Assembly: GCA_963707485.1 (NCBI GenBank)
Contig: CAVPQS010000046.1
Location: 2,434 to 66,433, forward strand
Direction of reading: 5' to 3'
DNA from: an uncultured bacterium
Lineage (GTDB): Bacteria; Zixibacteria; MSB-5A5; CAIYYT01
Length of the DNA: 64,000 nt
Positions 28,727-36,796 of this stretch are shown in pieces; position 1 is the stretch's first letter; each line of letters starts with the position of its first letter. The translations under genes and the position numbers were made by a program. Under the pieces are notes generated by a model. It did no database searches, had not been told where the DNA came from, and worked only from the letters and a program-made list of their open reading frames with translations.

Positions 28727-30490
28727 ATGGCAATCAAGACGGTAATGGTTGGTATGGCTACCTGTGGAATCTCCGCCGGCGGCGAAAAAGTATACGAAGC
28801 GTTCCAGAGAGAGCTTCAGGACGGCGCCGATTTCGTTCTCCGCGAAACCGGATGCGTCGGCATGTGCTATCGTGAAGTCCTGGTATCGATCTCCAATGGC
28901 GACGGAGTCAATTATCTCTACGGCGAAGTTACGGCGGATCGCGTCAAGAGAATTGTCAGTGAACACATTCAGGGCGACGCGCCGATTGACGAATGGTTGG
29001 TGTCTGGAGTTGGGCGCGAGGTCGGTTTTTTTGACAAACAAGTGCGAATTGTACTGCGCAACTGCGGCGTAATCGACCCCAGTTCTTTGGAAGAATACAT
29101 TCAGAGCGGCGGCTACCAGGCAATAAGTAAGGTCCTGAAAGAGTTGTCGCCGGAACAAGTAATTAAAGAAGTCCAGATCTCGGGATTACGAGGGCGCGGC
29201 GGCGGTGGATTTCCAACCGGGAAAAAATGGGAGTTGGCGAGAGCCAGCGTCGGCGACAAGAAATATATCATATGCAATGCTGACGAAGGCGATCCGGGCG
29301 CGTTCATGGATCGTTCGGTTCTTGAGGGTGATCCGCACTCGGTTCTCGAAGGAATGATGATCGGCGGATACGCCATCGGCGCCGACGAGGCATACATATA
29401 TTGCCGCGCAGAGTATCCGAAAGCCGTTGCAAGATTGCGGATGGCGATTGCACAAGCCAGGAAGCAGGGGCTGCTCGGCAAAGATATACTTGGCAGCAAG
29501 TTTAGTTTCGATATCAAGGTAAAGGAAGGCGCTGGAGCCTTTGTCTGCGGTGAAGAGACGGCGCTGATTGCTTCGATCGAGGGCCGGCGCGGAATGCCGC
29601 GATTTCGTCCGCCCTTCCCCGCTCAAAAAGGACTGTGGGGCAAACCGACGAGCATTAACAATGTCGAGACATTTGCCAACATCCCGTGGATCATACTCAA
29701 TGGCGGCGCGGCTTACGCAGCTTACGGCACCGACGACAGCAAAGGCACAAAGGTATTCGCGATGGCCGGCAAGGTCAAGCGCACCGGTCTGGTTGAAGTG
29801 CCGATGGGCATCAGCATTAACGACATCATCTATAAAGTCTGCGGCGGCATCGTCGACGACAAGAAGTTCAAGGCCGTGCAAATGGGCGGGCCCTCCGGCG
29901 GATGCATTCCGGCCTCGCTCGGCGAAACCCTGATCGATTACCAGCAAATCAACAAGACGGGCGCGATTATGGGTTCCGGCGGAATGGTCGTGATGGACGA
30001 AACTACCTGCATGGTGGACGTGGCGAAGTTCTTCCTGACGTTTACGCAAGCGGAGTCGTGCGGCAAATGCACGTTCTGCCGAATCGGCACGAAGCGGATG
30101 CTCGAAATACTCGAGAGGATCACCGAGGGCAAGGGTCGCGAAGAAGATCTGGCAACACTCGACCAACTTGGCGAGCAGATCAAGATCGCCTCACTATGCG
30201 GTCTCGGGCAGACGGCGCCGAACCCGGTGCTTTCGACGCTCCGTTATTTCCGCGACGAATATGAGGCGCACATCCTGCGGAAGAAGTGTCCGGCGCACGT
30301 GTGCGCGCCGCTTTTGACTTTCACGATCGACCAAGAAAAATGCAACGGCTGTATGCTTTGTCCACGCTCCTGCCCGTCAAACGCCATACTCGGTGAAAAG
30401 AAAATGCCGCACAGAATATTGCAGGATCTGTGCACTCAGTGTGGCAAGTGCTTCACAGTATGCAACCAAGACGCGGTAATCAAGGACTGA
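28727..30490 (+). CDS. NuoF/HoxF/HndC-like flavoprotein subunit with NAD(H)- and FMN-binding sites and [4Fe-4S] clusters, plus a C-terminal 2x[4Fe-4S] ferredoxin domain.
   Basis: It has the FMN/NADH glycine-rich motifs (GRGGGGFPTGKKW; ICNADEGDPGAFMDR) and a [4Fe-4S] motif (ESCGKCTFCR). A C-terminal ferredoxin is present (CNGCMLCPRSCP ... CTQCGKCFTVC). The start at 28727 overlaps the NuoE-like stop. Confidence 0.85.
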   Translation: MAIKTVMVGMATCGISAGGEKVYEAFQRELQDGADFVLRETGCVGMCYREVLVSISNGDGVNYLYGEVTADRVKRIVSEHIQGDAPIDEWLVSGVGREVGFFDKQVRIVLRNCGVIDPSSLEEYIQSGGYQAISKVLKELSPEQVIKEVQISGLRGRGGGGFPTGKKWELARASVGDKKYIICNADEGDPGAFMDRSVLEGDPHSVLEGMMIGGYAIGADEAYIYCRAEYPKAVARLRMAIAQARKQGLLGKDILGSKFSFDIKVKEGAGAFVCGEETALIASIEGRRGMPRFRPPFPAQKGLWGKPTSINNVETFANIPWIILNGGAAYAAYGTDDSKGTKVFAMAGKVKRTGLVEVPMGISINDIIYKVCGGIVDDKKFKAVQMGGPSGGCIPASLGETLIDYQQINKTGAIMGSGGMVVMDETTCMVDVAKFFLTFTQAESCGKCTFCRIGTKRMLEILERITEGKGREEDLATLDQLGEQIKIASLCGLGQTAPNPVLSTLRYFRDEYEAHILRKKCPAHVCAPLLTFTIDQEKCNGCMLCPRSCPSNAILGEKKMPHRILQDLCTQCGKCFTVCNQDAVIKD

Positions 30491-30498
30491 GGCGATTC

Positions 30499-33400
30499 AT
30501 GATAACGATTACAATCAATGGAAATAAGGTCACCGCAGATCCGAACAAGACCATTCTGGAGACTGTCCATGAGCAGAAGCTCGATTCAATTCCCACGCTG
30601 TGTTATGACAAGAAGCTGGAACCATTCGGTTCGTGCTTTCTTTGTGTTGTCGAAGTGGCTGGAATGAACAAGCTGGTTCCGTCGTGCGCGACGAAGCCGT
30701 GGGACGGCATGGTGGTGCAGACGAAATCGCCGAAGGTCGTTGACGCGCGCAGGACTTGTCTCGAACTGCTGGTGTCAAACCACTATGCGGACTGTTTCGG
30801 TGCGTGCCGGCTCAACTGCCCGGCGGATGTTGATATCCAGGGCTATCTCTCCCTCACCTATTTGGGCAAGTATCATGAAGCCGTTCAGCTCATCAAGGAG
30901 AAGAATCCATTCCCATCAGTTTGCGGGCGCGTTTGTACGCGCAAGTGCGAGCTATCATGCCGCCGGAAAATGATCGACGATGCGGTTGGAATCGACTATT
31001 TGAAAAGATTCTCCGCCGACAAGGACCTCGAGGACATGTGGACGCCGCATCCGAAACCGCGCAACGGCAAAAAAGTTGCGATTATAGGCGGCGGCCCGGC
31101 AGGACTGACCTGCGCATATTATTTGACGCTCGAAGGCTATGAACCGACTGTCTTCGAAGCATTGCCCGAACTGGGTGGAATGCTGCGGTATGGAATTCCG
31201 GAGTACCGATTGCCTAAGGCGATTCTCGATAAAGAAATCAAGTGGATAACTGATCTCGGTGTCGAGGTCCACACCAACACCAAACTTGGCCGCGACATTA
31301 CACTCGACGGCTTGTTTGATCAGGGCTTCAAGTCTGTATTCGTCGGTCTCGGGGCGCAGCTCGCAAAGAGTATGGGTATCGCTAACGAGCAGGTTAAGAA
31401 TATTCTCGGTGGCGTTGATTTCCTTCGCGATGTAACGATGATCAACGCGCCAAAGTTCTCCGGTCGGGTGGTCGTAGTTGGCGGCGGCAATACTGCTATC
31501 GACGCGGCACGGACATCATTGCGACTGGGCGCTTCAGAAGTGGTGCTTCTGTACAGACGGACGCGCAAAGAGATGCCCGCCAACGAGCTTGAGATCGTGG
31601 CGGCGGAAGAAGAAGGAATCAATTTCAAGTATCTGGCGGCGCCAACAAAGATTAACTCAAAAGACGGTGTGCTTCAATCGATGGAGTGCATCGAGATGGA
31701 ATTGGGTGAACCGGACGCCTCGGGGAGGCGACGCCCAGTCGAGAAGAAGAATTCCAATTTCACTCTCGAATGCGATTTTGTCATCTCGGCGATTGGACAA
31801 GAAGCGGATTTGACCGGCGTCGAAAATGGCAACGCGGGCGAGACTGATATCGAACTGAGCAAGTGGCATACAATCATTGCGGCTGAAGGTTCATTTAACA
31901 CCAATCGCGCCGGCGTGTTCGCGGGTGGAGATGTTGTTACCGGACCGGCAGATGCCATTGACGCGGTTGCGGCAGGACGGATGGCGGCCTTTGCGATTCA
32001 ACGCTACATCGAGACCGGCCACTACGAGCGGCTCAAACCACTTTTTGCCAGCCGTAAGGACAATCTCAAGGAATTCACCAGCGAAGACTTCAGCGACCCA
32101 GTATCCAGCCAGAGAACGCATATCTCGGAGTTGCCGGTTGAAGAACGCATACACTCGTTTAAGGAAGTTGAACTCGCATTGACCGAAGAACAGGCCAAGT
32201 TCGAAGCTTGCCGCTGCATGGAGTGCGGCTGCCAGGTCGCGCTGGAATGCCGATTGCAGGACTACTGCGCGGAATATGGCGCCGACCAGAAACGTTTCGT
32301 CGGCGAGTTCAACCGATATAAGGTTGACACCAGACACCCCTTCATCACGCTGGATTCGAACAAGTGCATTAACTGCGGCCGCTGTGTGCGAACCTGCGCG
32401 GAGATTCTTGATGTCTCGGCACTGGGGTTTGTGAATCGCGGCTTCCGAACGATGGTGAAGCCCGCGATGAACAAGGCGCTTGCCGATACGAATTGCGTAT
32501 CGTGCGGCAATTGCGTCGATGCGTGCCCGACCGGCGCTATCGTGAACAAGTTGCCGTTCGGACGATCGGGGCCATGGTTGATGAATCGCATAAAGAATGT
32601 CTGCAACTTCTGCTCGATCGGCTGCAATGTAGAGATCAAGGCTAAGACTGCGGATTTGTTTTATGTGTCCGGTTCGTTCGAAGGCGAGCCGAATTTCGGC
32701 GAGCTTTGCGTTCGCGGCCGCTACGGCTATCAGCAACTCTTGGGAAATGAGCGGATGCGGAAACCACTTATCCGCAAAGGTGCGGATCTCGTGCCCGCGA
32801 CTTGGGAACAAGCCTGGGAACGAATCGAGCAAGGAATCAAGGATCTGAAGGTGGAATACGGCGGCGGCGCGCTTATGGTTGCGGCCTCGCCGAAGCTGAC
32901 TAATGAAGAACTGTACCTTGCAGGTAAATTGGCGCGCGTAACGCTCGAGACAAATGCAATCGGCAGTTTCCAGCGATTGGCAACCGATGCAGACTATCAC
33001 AGCCTCGACAACATGCTCGGAGCGACGACTTCGAGTTGTGGAACCAAGGAGCTTGAGGCTGCGGATATAATTCTTCTGGTAAACTGCGATCCGTTTACGG
33101 AGAACCCGGTTTTGGGTTGGCGGCTGAAGCGGATGCTCAAGAAGGGGAAGCAAGCGATTGTCATCAATTCTTCCGACATCGGCATAAACCGTTATGCTAC
33201 TCAATGGCTTGACCCGCGGCGCGGCTCTTCGACCTTATTGCTCAACGGCATAATGCTCGAACTAATGAAAAATGGCGGCGGGAATCTGGGTTATTTGGAG
33301 ACACGCACGGAAGGCTTCGAGCGATTCAAGCGGAGCCTGCTGGCACTTGATATTGAGGATGTGGAAGCAGTCACCGGTGTGCGTTCGGAGAAGATCTCGG

Positions 33401-34260
33401 AGTGTGCAAGGCTTTTGAGCGATAAAGACCGCAAAGTAGTTGCGATATACAATCTGGACAGCCGCCGCGACCGCTCACCAAACGACCTGAAGGCGCTGAC
33501 AGCGCTGATGCTTCTAACCGGCAAGATTGGCGTAGAAGGAAGCGGAATGATCCTCTTAACCAATCAAGCGAATGCGCGCGGAATGCAGATTGCGGGATTC
33601 GACCAGGCAATGTTACCGGGCGAGTCGCTGAATACACCGGATGCGCTCGCCAAGTTGTCGAAGGTTTGGAATCACGAACTGAGGCAGCTCAAGGGCAGCA
33701 CTACGGCTGATTTCCGGCAGGACTTTGAGGGTGGGAAATTCAAGGGCGGAATTGTGATAGGCGAAAATCCTGCCATTGATCCTGAGTGGGCAAAGAGAGT
33801 CGAGAAGCTGGAATTTCTCGTTGTGGCCGACATGTTCATGACGGAGACGGCAAAGCTTGCCGATGTTGTTTTGCCGTTGAATAGCTACGTAGAGGACGAG
33901 GGCACGATGACTAACTGGGAGGGGCTGCGCCAGTCGATCAAGCCGCTTGGCAAACCTCTAACAGGGCACAGCAATATCGACGTCATCGCGCGCATTATGC
34001 AGTCAGCCGACGGCGGTGTGCACGGTGTGACGTACTCCCACGAATTCCTTGGGAAAGAGATGAGTCAGTTAATCCCGGCGCGAGAACAGACCGTTGATAA
34101 CATGAAACGGTTCGCTACCAACTTTTCGACTCATGACGGCAAGGCCCACTTTGAAGTCTACCCGACGCAAATTAAGGCGACCGAGGTCAAGTGTCCGAAT
34201 GTTTTGGCGCTTGATGAAAGAACGGACGCAAAATTGGCACAGGTATTTGGACAGAAATAA
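30499..34260 (+). CDS. Large fusion oxidoreductase. It joins an N-terminal [2Fe-2S] ferredoxin (NuoG N-terminus-like), a GltD/NfnB-like FAD/NAD(P)H domain with Fe-S motifs, [4Fe-4S] ferredoxins, and a molybdopterin-oxidoreductase (FdhA/NuoG-like) domain.
   Basis: It has a [2Fe-2S] region (CYDKKLEPFGSCFLCVV). The GltD-like part is CRLNCPADVDIQGY followed by the dinucleotide folds VAIIGGGPAGLTCAYYL and VVVVGGGNTAIDAAR. Two 4Fe-4S ferredoxin motifs follow (CINCGRCVRTC, CVSCGNCVDACP). A Mo-bisPGD-type N-terminal cluster (CNFCSIGC ... GELCVRGRYG) resembles FdhF, and the protein is about 1254 aa. The region aligned to the FdhF Sec/Cys-His active site reads ...RLATDADYHS..., so it appears to lack the catalytic Cys/Sec-His pair. 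Confidence 0.75.
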   Translation: MITITINGNKVTADPNKTILETVHEQKLDSIPTLCYDKKLEPFGSCFLCVVEVAGMNKLVPSCATKPWDGMVVQTKSPKVVDARRTCLELLVSNHYADCFGACRLNCPADVDIQGYLSLTYLGKYHEAVQLIKEKNPFPSVCGRVCTRKCELSCRRKMIDDAVGIDYLKRFSADKDLEDMWTPHPKPRNGKKVAIIGGGPAGLTCAYYLTLEGYEPTVFEALPELGGMLRYGIPEYRLPKAILDKEIKWITDLGVEVHTNTKLGRDITLDGLFDQGFKSVFVGLGAQLAKSMGIANEQVKNILGGVDFLRDVTMINAPKFSGRVVVVGGGNTAIDAARTSLRLGASEVVLLYRRTRKEMPANELEIVAAEEEGINFKYLAAPTKINSKDGVLQSMECIEMELGEPDASGRRRPVEKKNSNFTLECDFVISAIGQEADLTGVENGNAGETDIELSKWHTIIAAEGSFNTNRAGVFAGGDVVTGPADAIDAVAAGRMAAFAIQRYIETGHYERLKPLFASRKDNLKEFTSEDFSDPVSSQRTHISELPVEERIHSFKEVELALTEEQAKFEACRCMECGCQVALECRLQDYCAEYGADQKRFVGEFNRYKVDTRHPFITLDSNKCINCGRCVRTCAEILDVSALGFVNRGFRTMVKPAMNKALADTNCVSCGNCVDACPTGAIVNKLPFGRSGPWLMNRIKNVCNFCSIGCNVEIKAKTADLFYVSGSFEGEPNFGELCVRGRYGYQQLLGNERMRKPLIRKGADLVPATWEQAWERIEQGIKDLKVEYGGGALMVAASPKLTNEELYLAGKLARVTLETNAIGSFQRLATDADYHSLDNMLGATTSSCGTKELEAADIILLVNCDPFTENPVLGWRLKRMLKKGKQAIVINSSDIGINRYATQWLDPRRGSSTLLLNGIMLELMKNGGGNLGYLETRTEGFERFKRSLLALDIEDVEAVTGVRSEKISECARLLSDKDRKVVAIYNLDSRRDRSPNDLKALTALMLLTGKIGVEGSGMILLTNQANARGMQIAGFDQAMLPGESLNTPDALAKLSKVWNHELRQLKGSTTADFRQDFEGGKFKGGIVIGENPAIDPEWAKRVEKLEFLVVADMFMTETAKLADVVLPLNSYVEDEGTMTNWEGLRQSIKPLGKPLTGHSNIDVIARIMQSADGGVHGVTYSHEFLGKEMSQLIPAREQTVDNMKRFATNFSTHDGKAHFEVYPTQIKATEVKCPNVLALDERTDAKLAQVFGQK

Positions 34261-34274
34261 ACAACTGCGGCAGA

Positions 34275-34300
34275 CCGGACCCTGACATATCAGAGTCCGG
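34275..34300. terminator. Hairpin between convergent genes (CCGGAC-N14-GTCCGG, with an inner CTGA/TCAG pair).
   Basis: An inverted repeat sits at 34275-34300, between the stop of the fusion oxidoreductase and the stop of the gpx gene. There is no strong U-tract. Confidence 0.25.
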
Positions 34301-34319
34301 CTGAGTATCGCTTTGGGGA

Positions 34320-34946
34320 CTAAGACTTCTTTTCGACTTTATTAGCTTTAAGCAAATCCTCAATTTTCCCGGTGATTTCAGCATCGGTTGGTTCGACCTT
34401 CGACGACCAACGGGCGATGAGATTGCCGTTTTGGTCCACAAGGAACTTGCTGAAGTTCCACTTGATTTCGCCGGGAATGTTCGAATCGATAGTGAAGTAT
34501 TTGAACAAGGGGTGGATGTCATCACCTTTGACGCTGACTTTGGACATCATCGGAAAAGTGACATTGAATTTTGACGTGCAAAATTCTTTGATTTCCTTGT
34601 CGCTGCCGGGTTCCTGCCCGCCGAAGTTGTTTGCCGGAAATCCGACGACGGCGAATCCCTGGTCTTTGTACTTTCGGTAGATTGATTCCAGGCCCGCGTA
34701 CTGCGGCGTGTATCCGCATTCGCTGGCGACATTGACAATTAACAGGACCTTCCCGGTGAACGCGCTCAGGTCGGTCGCAGAGCCATCAATGGTGTTGAAG
34801 GGAATCTTCTTAGAGTCAGTAGCGGTTGGCTGCGTCATTGTTGTCTCCGTTTCTGCATCATTCTTGACCTCGGCGACTGGAGTTCCGGCGAACGCCGCTG
34901 AGGCGAAAAACGATGCTGTCAAACTCAAAATGATGAACTTTCTCAC
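34320..34946 (-). CDS. gpx: Glutathione peroxidase family protein (Cys-type), with a signal peptide.
   Basis: It has the GPx motifs LIVNVASECGYT (peroxidatic Cys, not Sec) and GFPANNFGGQEPG. A signal peptide (MRKFIILSLTASFFASAAFA) is present. It uses a GTG start with a GGAG SD. Confidence 0.85.
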   Translation of the reverse strand: MRKFIILSLTASFFASAAFAGTPVAEVKNDAETETTMTQPTATDSKKIPFNTIDGSATDLSAFTGKVLLIVNVASECGYTPQYAGLESIYRKYKDQGFAVVGFPANNFGGQEPGSDKEIKEFCTSKFNVTFPMMSKVSVKGDDIHPLFKYFTIDSNIPGEIKWNFSKFLVDQNGNLIARWSSKVEPTDAEITGKIEDLLKANKVEKKS

Positions 34947-35089
34947 AATTGCACTCCTCGTGTTTTTTCCTACCTATTTATACGACTGCGGCCCGCCTGA
35001 TGATGGCGAGCCGTCGATTTATTAGGTGATTGACAAAGTGGCGATAATCGAGCCATTTTTGCCGCAACTGACAGAATTAGAGTTGTTAC

Positions 35090-35569
35090 ATGGCTGCAAA
35101 GAGCAAGAAACACGATTGGACGCAGTTCAAGCTGCGGGTATTCATCAATGCCAAACCCGGGAAAGTCTACAAAGCGTGGACAGACGATAAAGTAGTGTCG
35201 AAGTGGTTTACCGAGAAAACCGTCATCGAACCGCGAAAAGGTGGAAGGCTGTACCTCGAGTGGCTAGCGGGAGACAAGCTTGACACAAAAGTGAAGCAAG
35301 CGCACAAGAACAAGAATTTGGTGCTTCCATTCGTTAAGGACGGACTCGAAGTTGCCGTCACCGTTAAGAAAGACGACAAGGGTACGATCTGCGAGCTAAA
35401 GCAATACAATATGAAGACCGATCCGGCGTCAAAATGGTCGATTCATAAAGGCTGCGTCCAAGGCTGGACGTTCTTTCTTGCCAATCTCAAAGCCCACCAT
35501 GAGCATAGAATCGATTTGCGCAGTCACGATGTCAAGCGCAGCCACAAGGAGGTCTACGTCAGCAGTTAA
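35090..35569 (+). CDS. SRPBCC / AHSA1 (activator of Hsp90 ATPase homologue)-like domain protein.
   Basis: It has the typical AHSA1-like pattern (VFINAKPGKVYKAWTDDKVVSKWF ... ICELKQYNM) and is 159 aa. Confidence 0.65.
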   Translation: MAAKSKKHDWTQFKLRVFINAKPGKVYKAWTDDKVVSKWFTEKTVIEPRKGGRLYLEWLAGDKLDTKVKQAHKNKNLVLPFVKDGLEVAVTVKKDDKGTICELKQYNMKTDPASKWSIHKGCVQGWTFFLANLKAHHEHRIDLRSHDVKRSHKEVYVSS

Positions 35570-35666
35570 GATTTGCGTCGCCCATTGAAGTTTTCGATCG
35601 GGGGAGTTCGAGTTTTTACACGTAAATATCGGGGAATTGGCGATTGAATTGTCGTATAATTGGCTG

Positions 35667-36224
35667 ATGATGAAGAAAGTAGTTCTGACGGTCGTGCTGG
35701 CGCTGATGTCGGCGACATGTATGTCGTGCGGATCCGACACCACCGATACGCCTGCCGGCAAGACGACCGTGAGCAGCGGGCCCGACCAGGTAATGACAAA
35801 TTCGGAAATTTACCTCACGAGCGGCGGAAGACGAAAGGCGACGATCAAGTCCGACACGCTGTTTGCCTATGCCCGAGTCGATACGACACTTCTTTACAAT
35901 GTTCACGTCCTGCTTTTTGACAGCACAGGGGCACACACCTCGACGGTTACTTCTGATTCTGCCCGGGTCAGTCAGCGCGCGAATACAATGTCGGTATTTG
36001 GGCATGTCAAAGCCTGGACGAATGACAATAGACGTTTGGTCGCGGACTCATTGCGGTGGAACGCCAAAACGGAGAAGATCGAGACGGAAGGTTATGTCGA
36101 AATCTATCGCGGCGAGGATATGATATCCGGGTTCGGATTGGAAGCCGACCAGCGATTGGAGCGAACTATTATCAAGCGGAAACCACGAGGGACATTTAAT
36201 GAACCGGAAAAATCTGATCTATAG
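35667..36224 (+). CDS. Lipoprotein, possibly LptC-like (beta-jellyroll LPS-transport family). Weak call.
   Basis: It has a lipoprotein-type signal (MMKKVVLTVVLALMSATCMSC). Its size, about 185 aa, and its predicted beta-rich composition fit LptC/OstA-N-like proteins. This is not diagnostic. Confidence 0.3.
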   Translation: MMKKVVLTVVLALMSATCMSCGSDTTDTPAGKTTVSSGPDQVMTNSEIYLTSGGRRKATIKSDTLFAYARVDTTLLYNVHVLLFDSTGAHTSTVTSDSARVSQRANTMSVFGHVKAWTNDNRRLVADSLRWNAKTEKIETEGYVEIYRGEDMISGFGLEADQRLERTIIKRKPRGTFNEPEKSDL

Positions 36225-36744
36225 CCTCATATTGATACTGGCCACATTTGGAGTCGGCATGGCGCAGGAGAGGTCGCCGGAGCAGTTTCGCCGGCTCGTC
36301 TCAACTGAGTTGAAGAGCAAAGGTGGCACAGCGGATTCGATAGGCAGCCCGGTTCGAGTTAAGGGATATGGCGAGAAGTACAAAGACTTCGTCGTAGTTC
36401 CGGTGCTGCGCGGTGGGAAATTGAGATGCGTGTATCGCGAAGACCCAAGGCGCAATTCGGTGACCGAAGTCTGCTCTGAGGCAAACGTCAAGTCCCTTCG
36501 AGGCGAACTTTTCACAGTTGAAGGTGCGTCACGCGAGATGGCGAAACAGGGTGTTGCCAACCCGGCGCCGAAGTTGATCACAGTCGGACCGATGTCAATG
36601 TTGGGGACTGTGACAGCAGGCTGGTATCATGATACCGGCGAATCATTTGTGCTTCTCTCCCTCTCCGGTCGATTGGTGACGGAAGCTGATATCGCCCGCT
36701 ATTGGCCGGAGCATTTGGAAGCGCTGAGAGCAGTTGGACGATAA
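36199..36744 (+). CDS. Secreted hypothetical protein, 181 aa.
   Basis: It has a signal peptide (MNRKNLIYSLILILATFGVGMAQE). Its start overlaps the preceding gene end by 26 nt. I recognise no domain. Confidence 0.45.
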   Translation: MNRKNLIYSLILILATFGVGMAQERSPEQFRRLVSTELKSKGGTADSIGSPVRVKGYGEKYKDFVVVPVLRGGKLRCVYREDPRRNSVTEVCSEANVKSLRGELFTVEGASREMAKQGVANPAPKLITVGPMSMLGTVTAGWYHDTGESFVLLSLSGRLVTEADIARYWPEHLEALRAVGR

Positions 36745-36796
36745 TGGCCGTCAACTCTCCCAGAGAGAATCTACTACTCTGCTTTAGATTTCCGGA

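Noticed and set aside
31891-33204. A 437-aa ORF on the minus strand, plus similar long antisense ORFs at 29186..30166, 19548..20240, 17777..18493, 12473..13198, 56128..57024 and 58269..59168.
   Set aside because: Each lies fully within, and antisense to, a gene with clear domain evidence. The translations show no recognisable motifs and are Arg/Ala/Gly-rich. I treat them as GC-rich non-coding frames.
30499-34260. Annotating the fusion protein as a formate dehydrogenase alpha subunit (FdhA/FdsA).
   Set aside because: The region that aligns by eye to the FdhF Sec/Cys140-His141 active site reads RLATDADYHS and has no Cys/Sec-His pair. The inserted GltD-like FAD/NADPH domain fits Stn/Nfn-type enzymes better. 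I kept it as a generic NuoG/FdhA-like domain pending a proper alignment.
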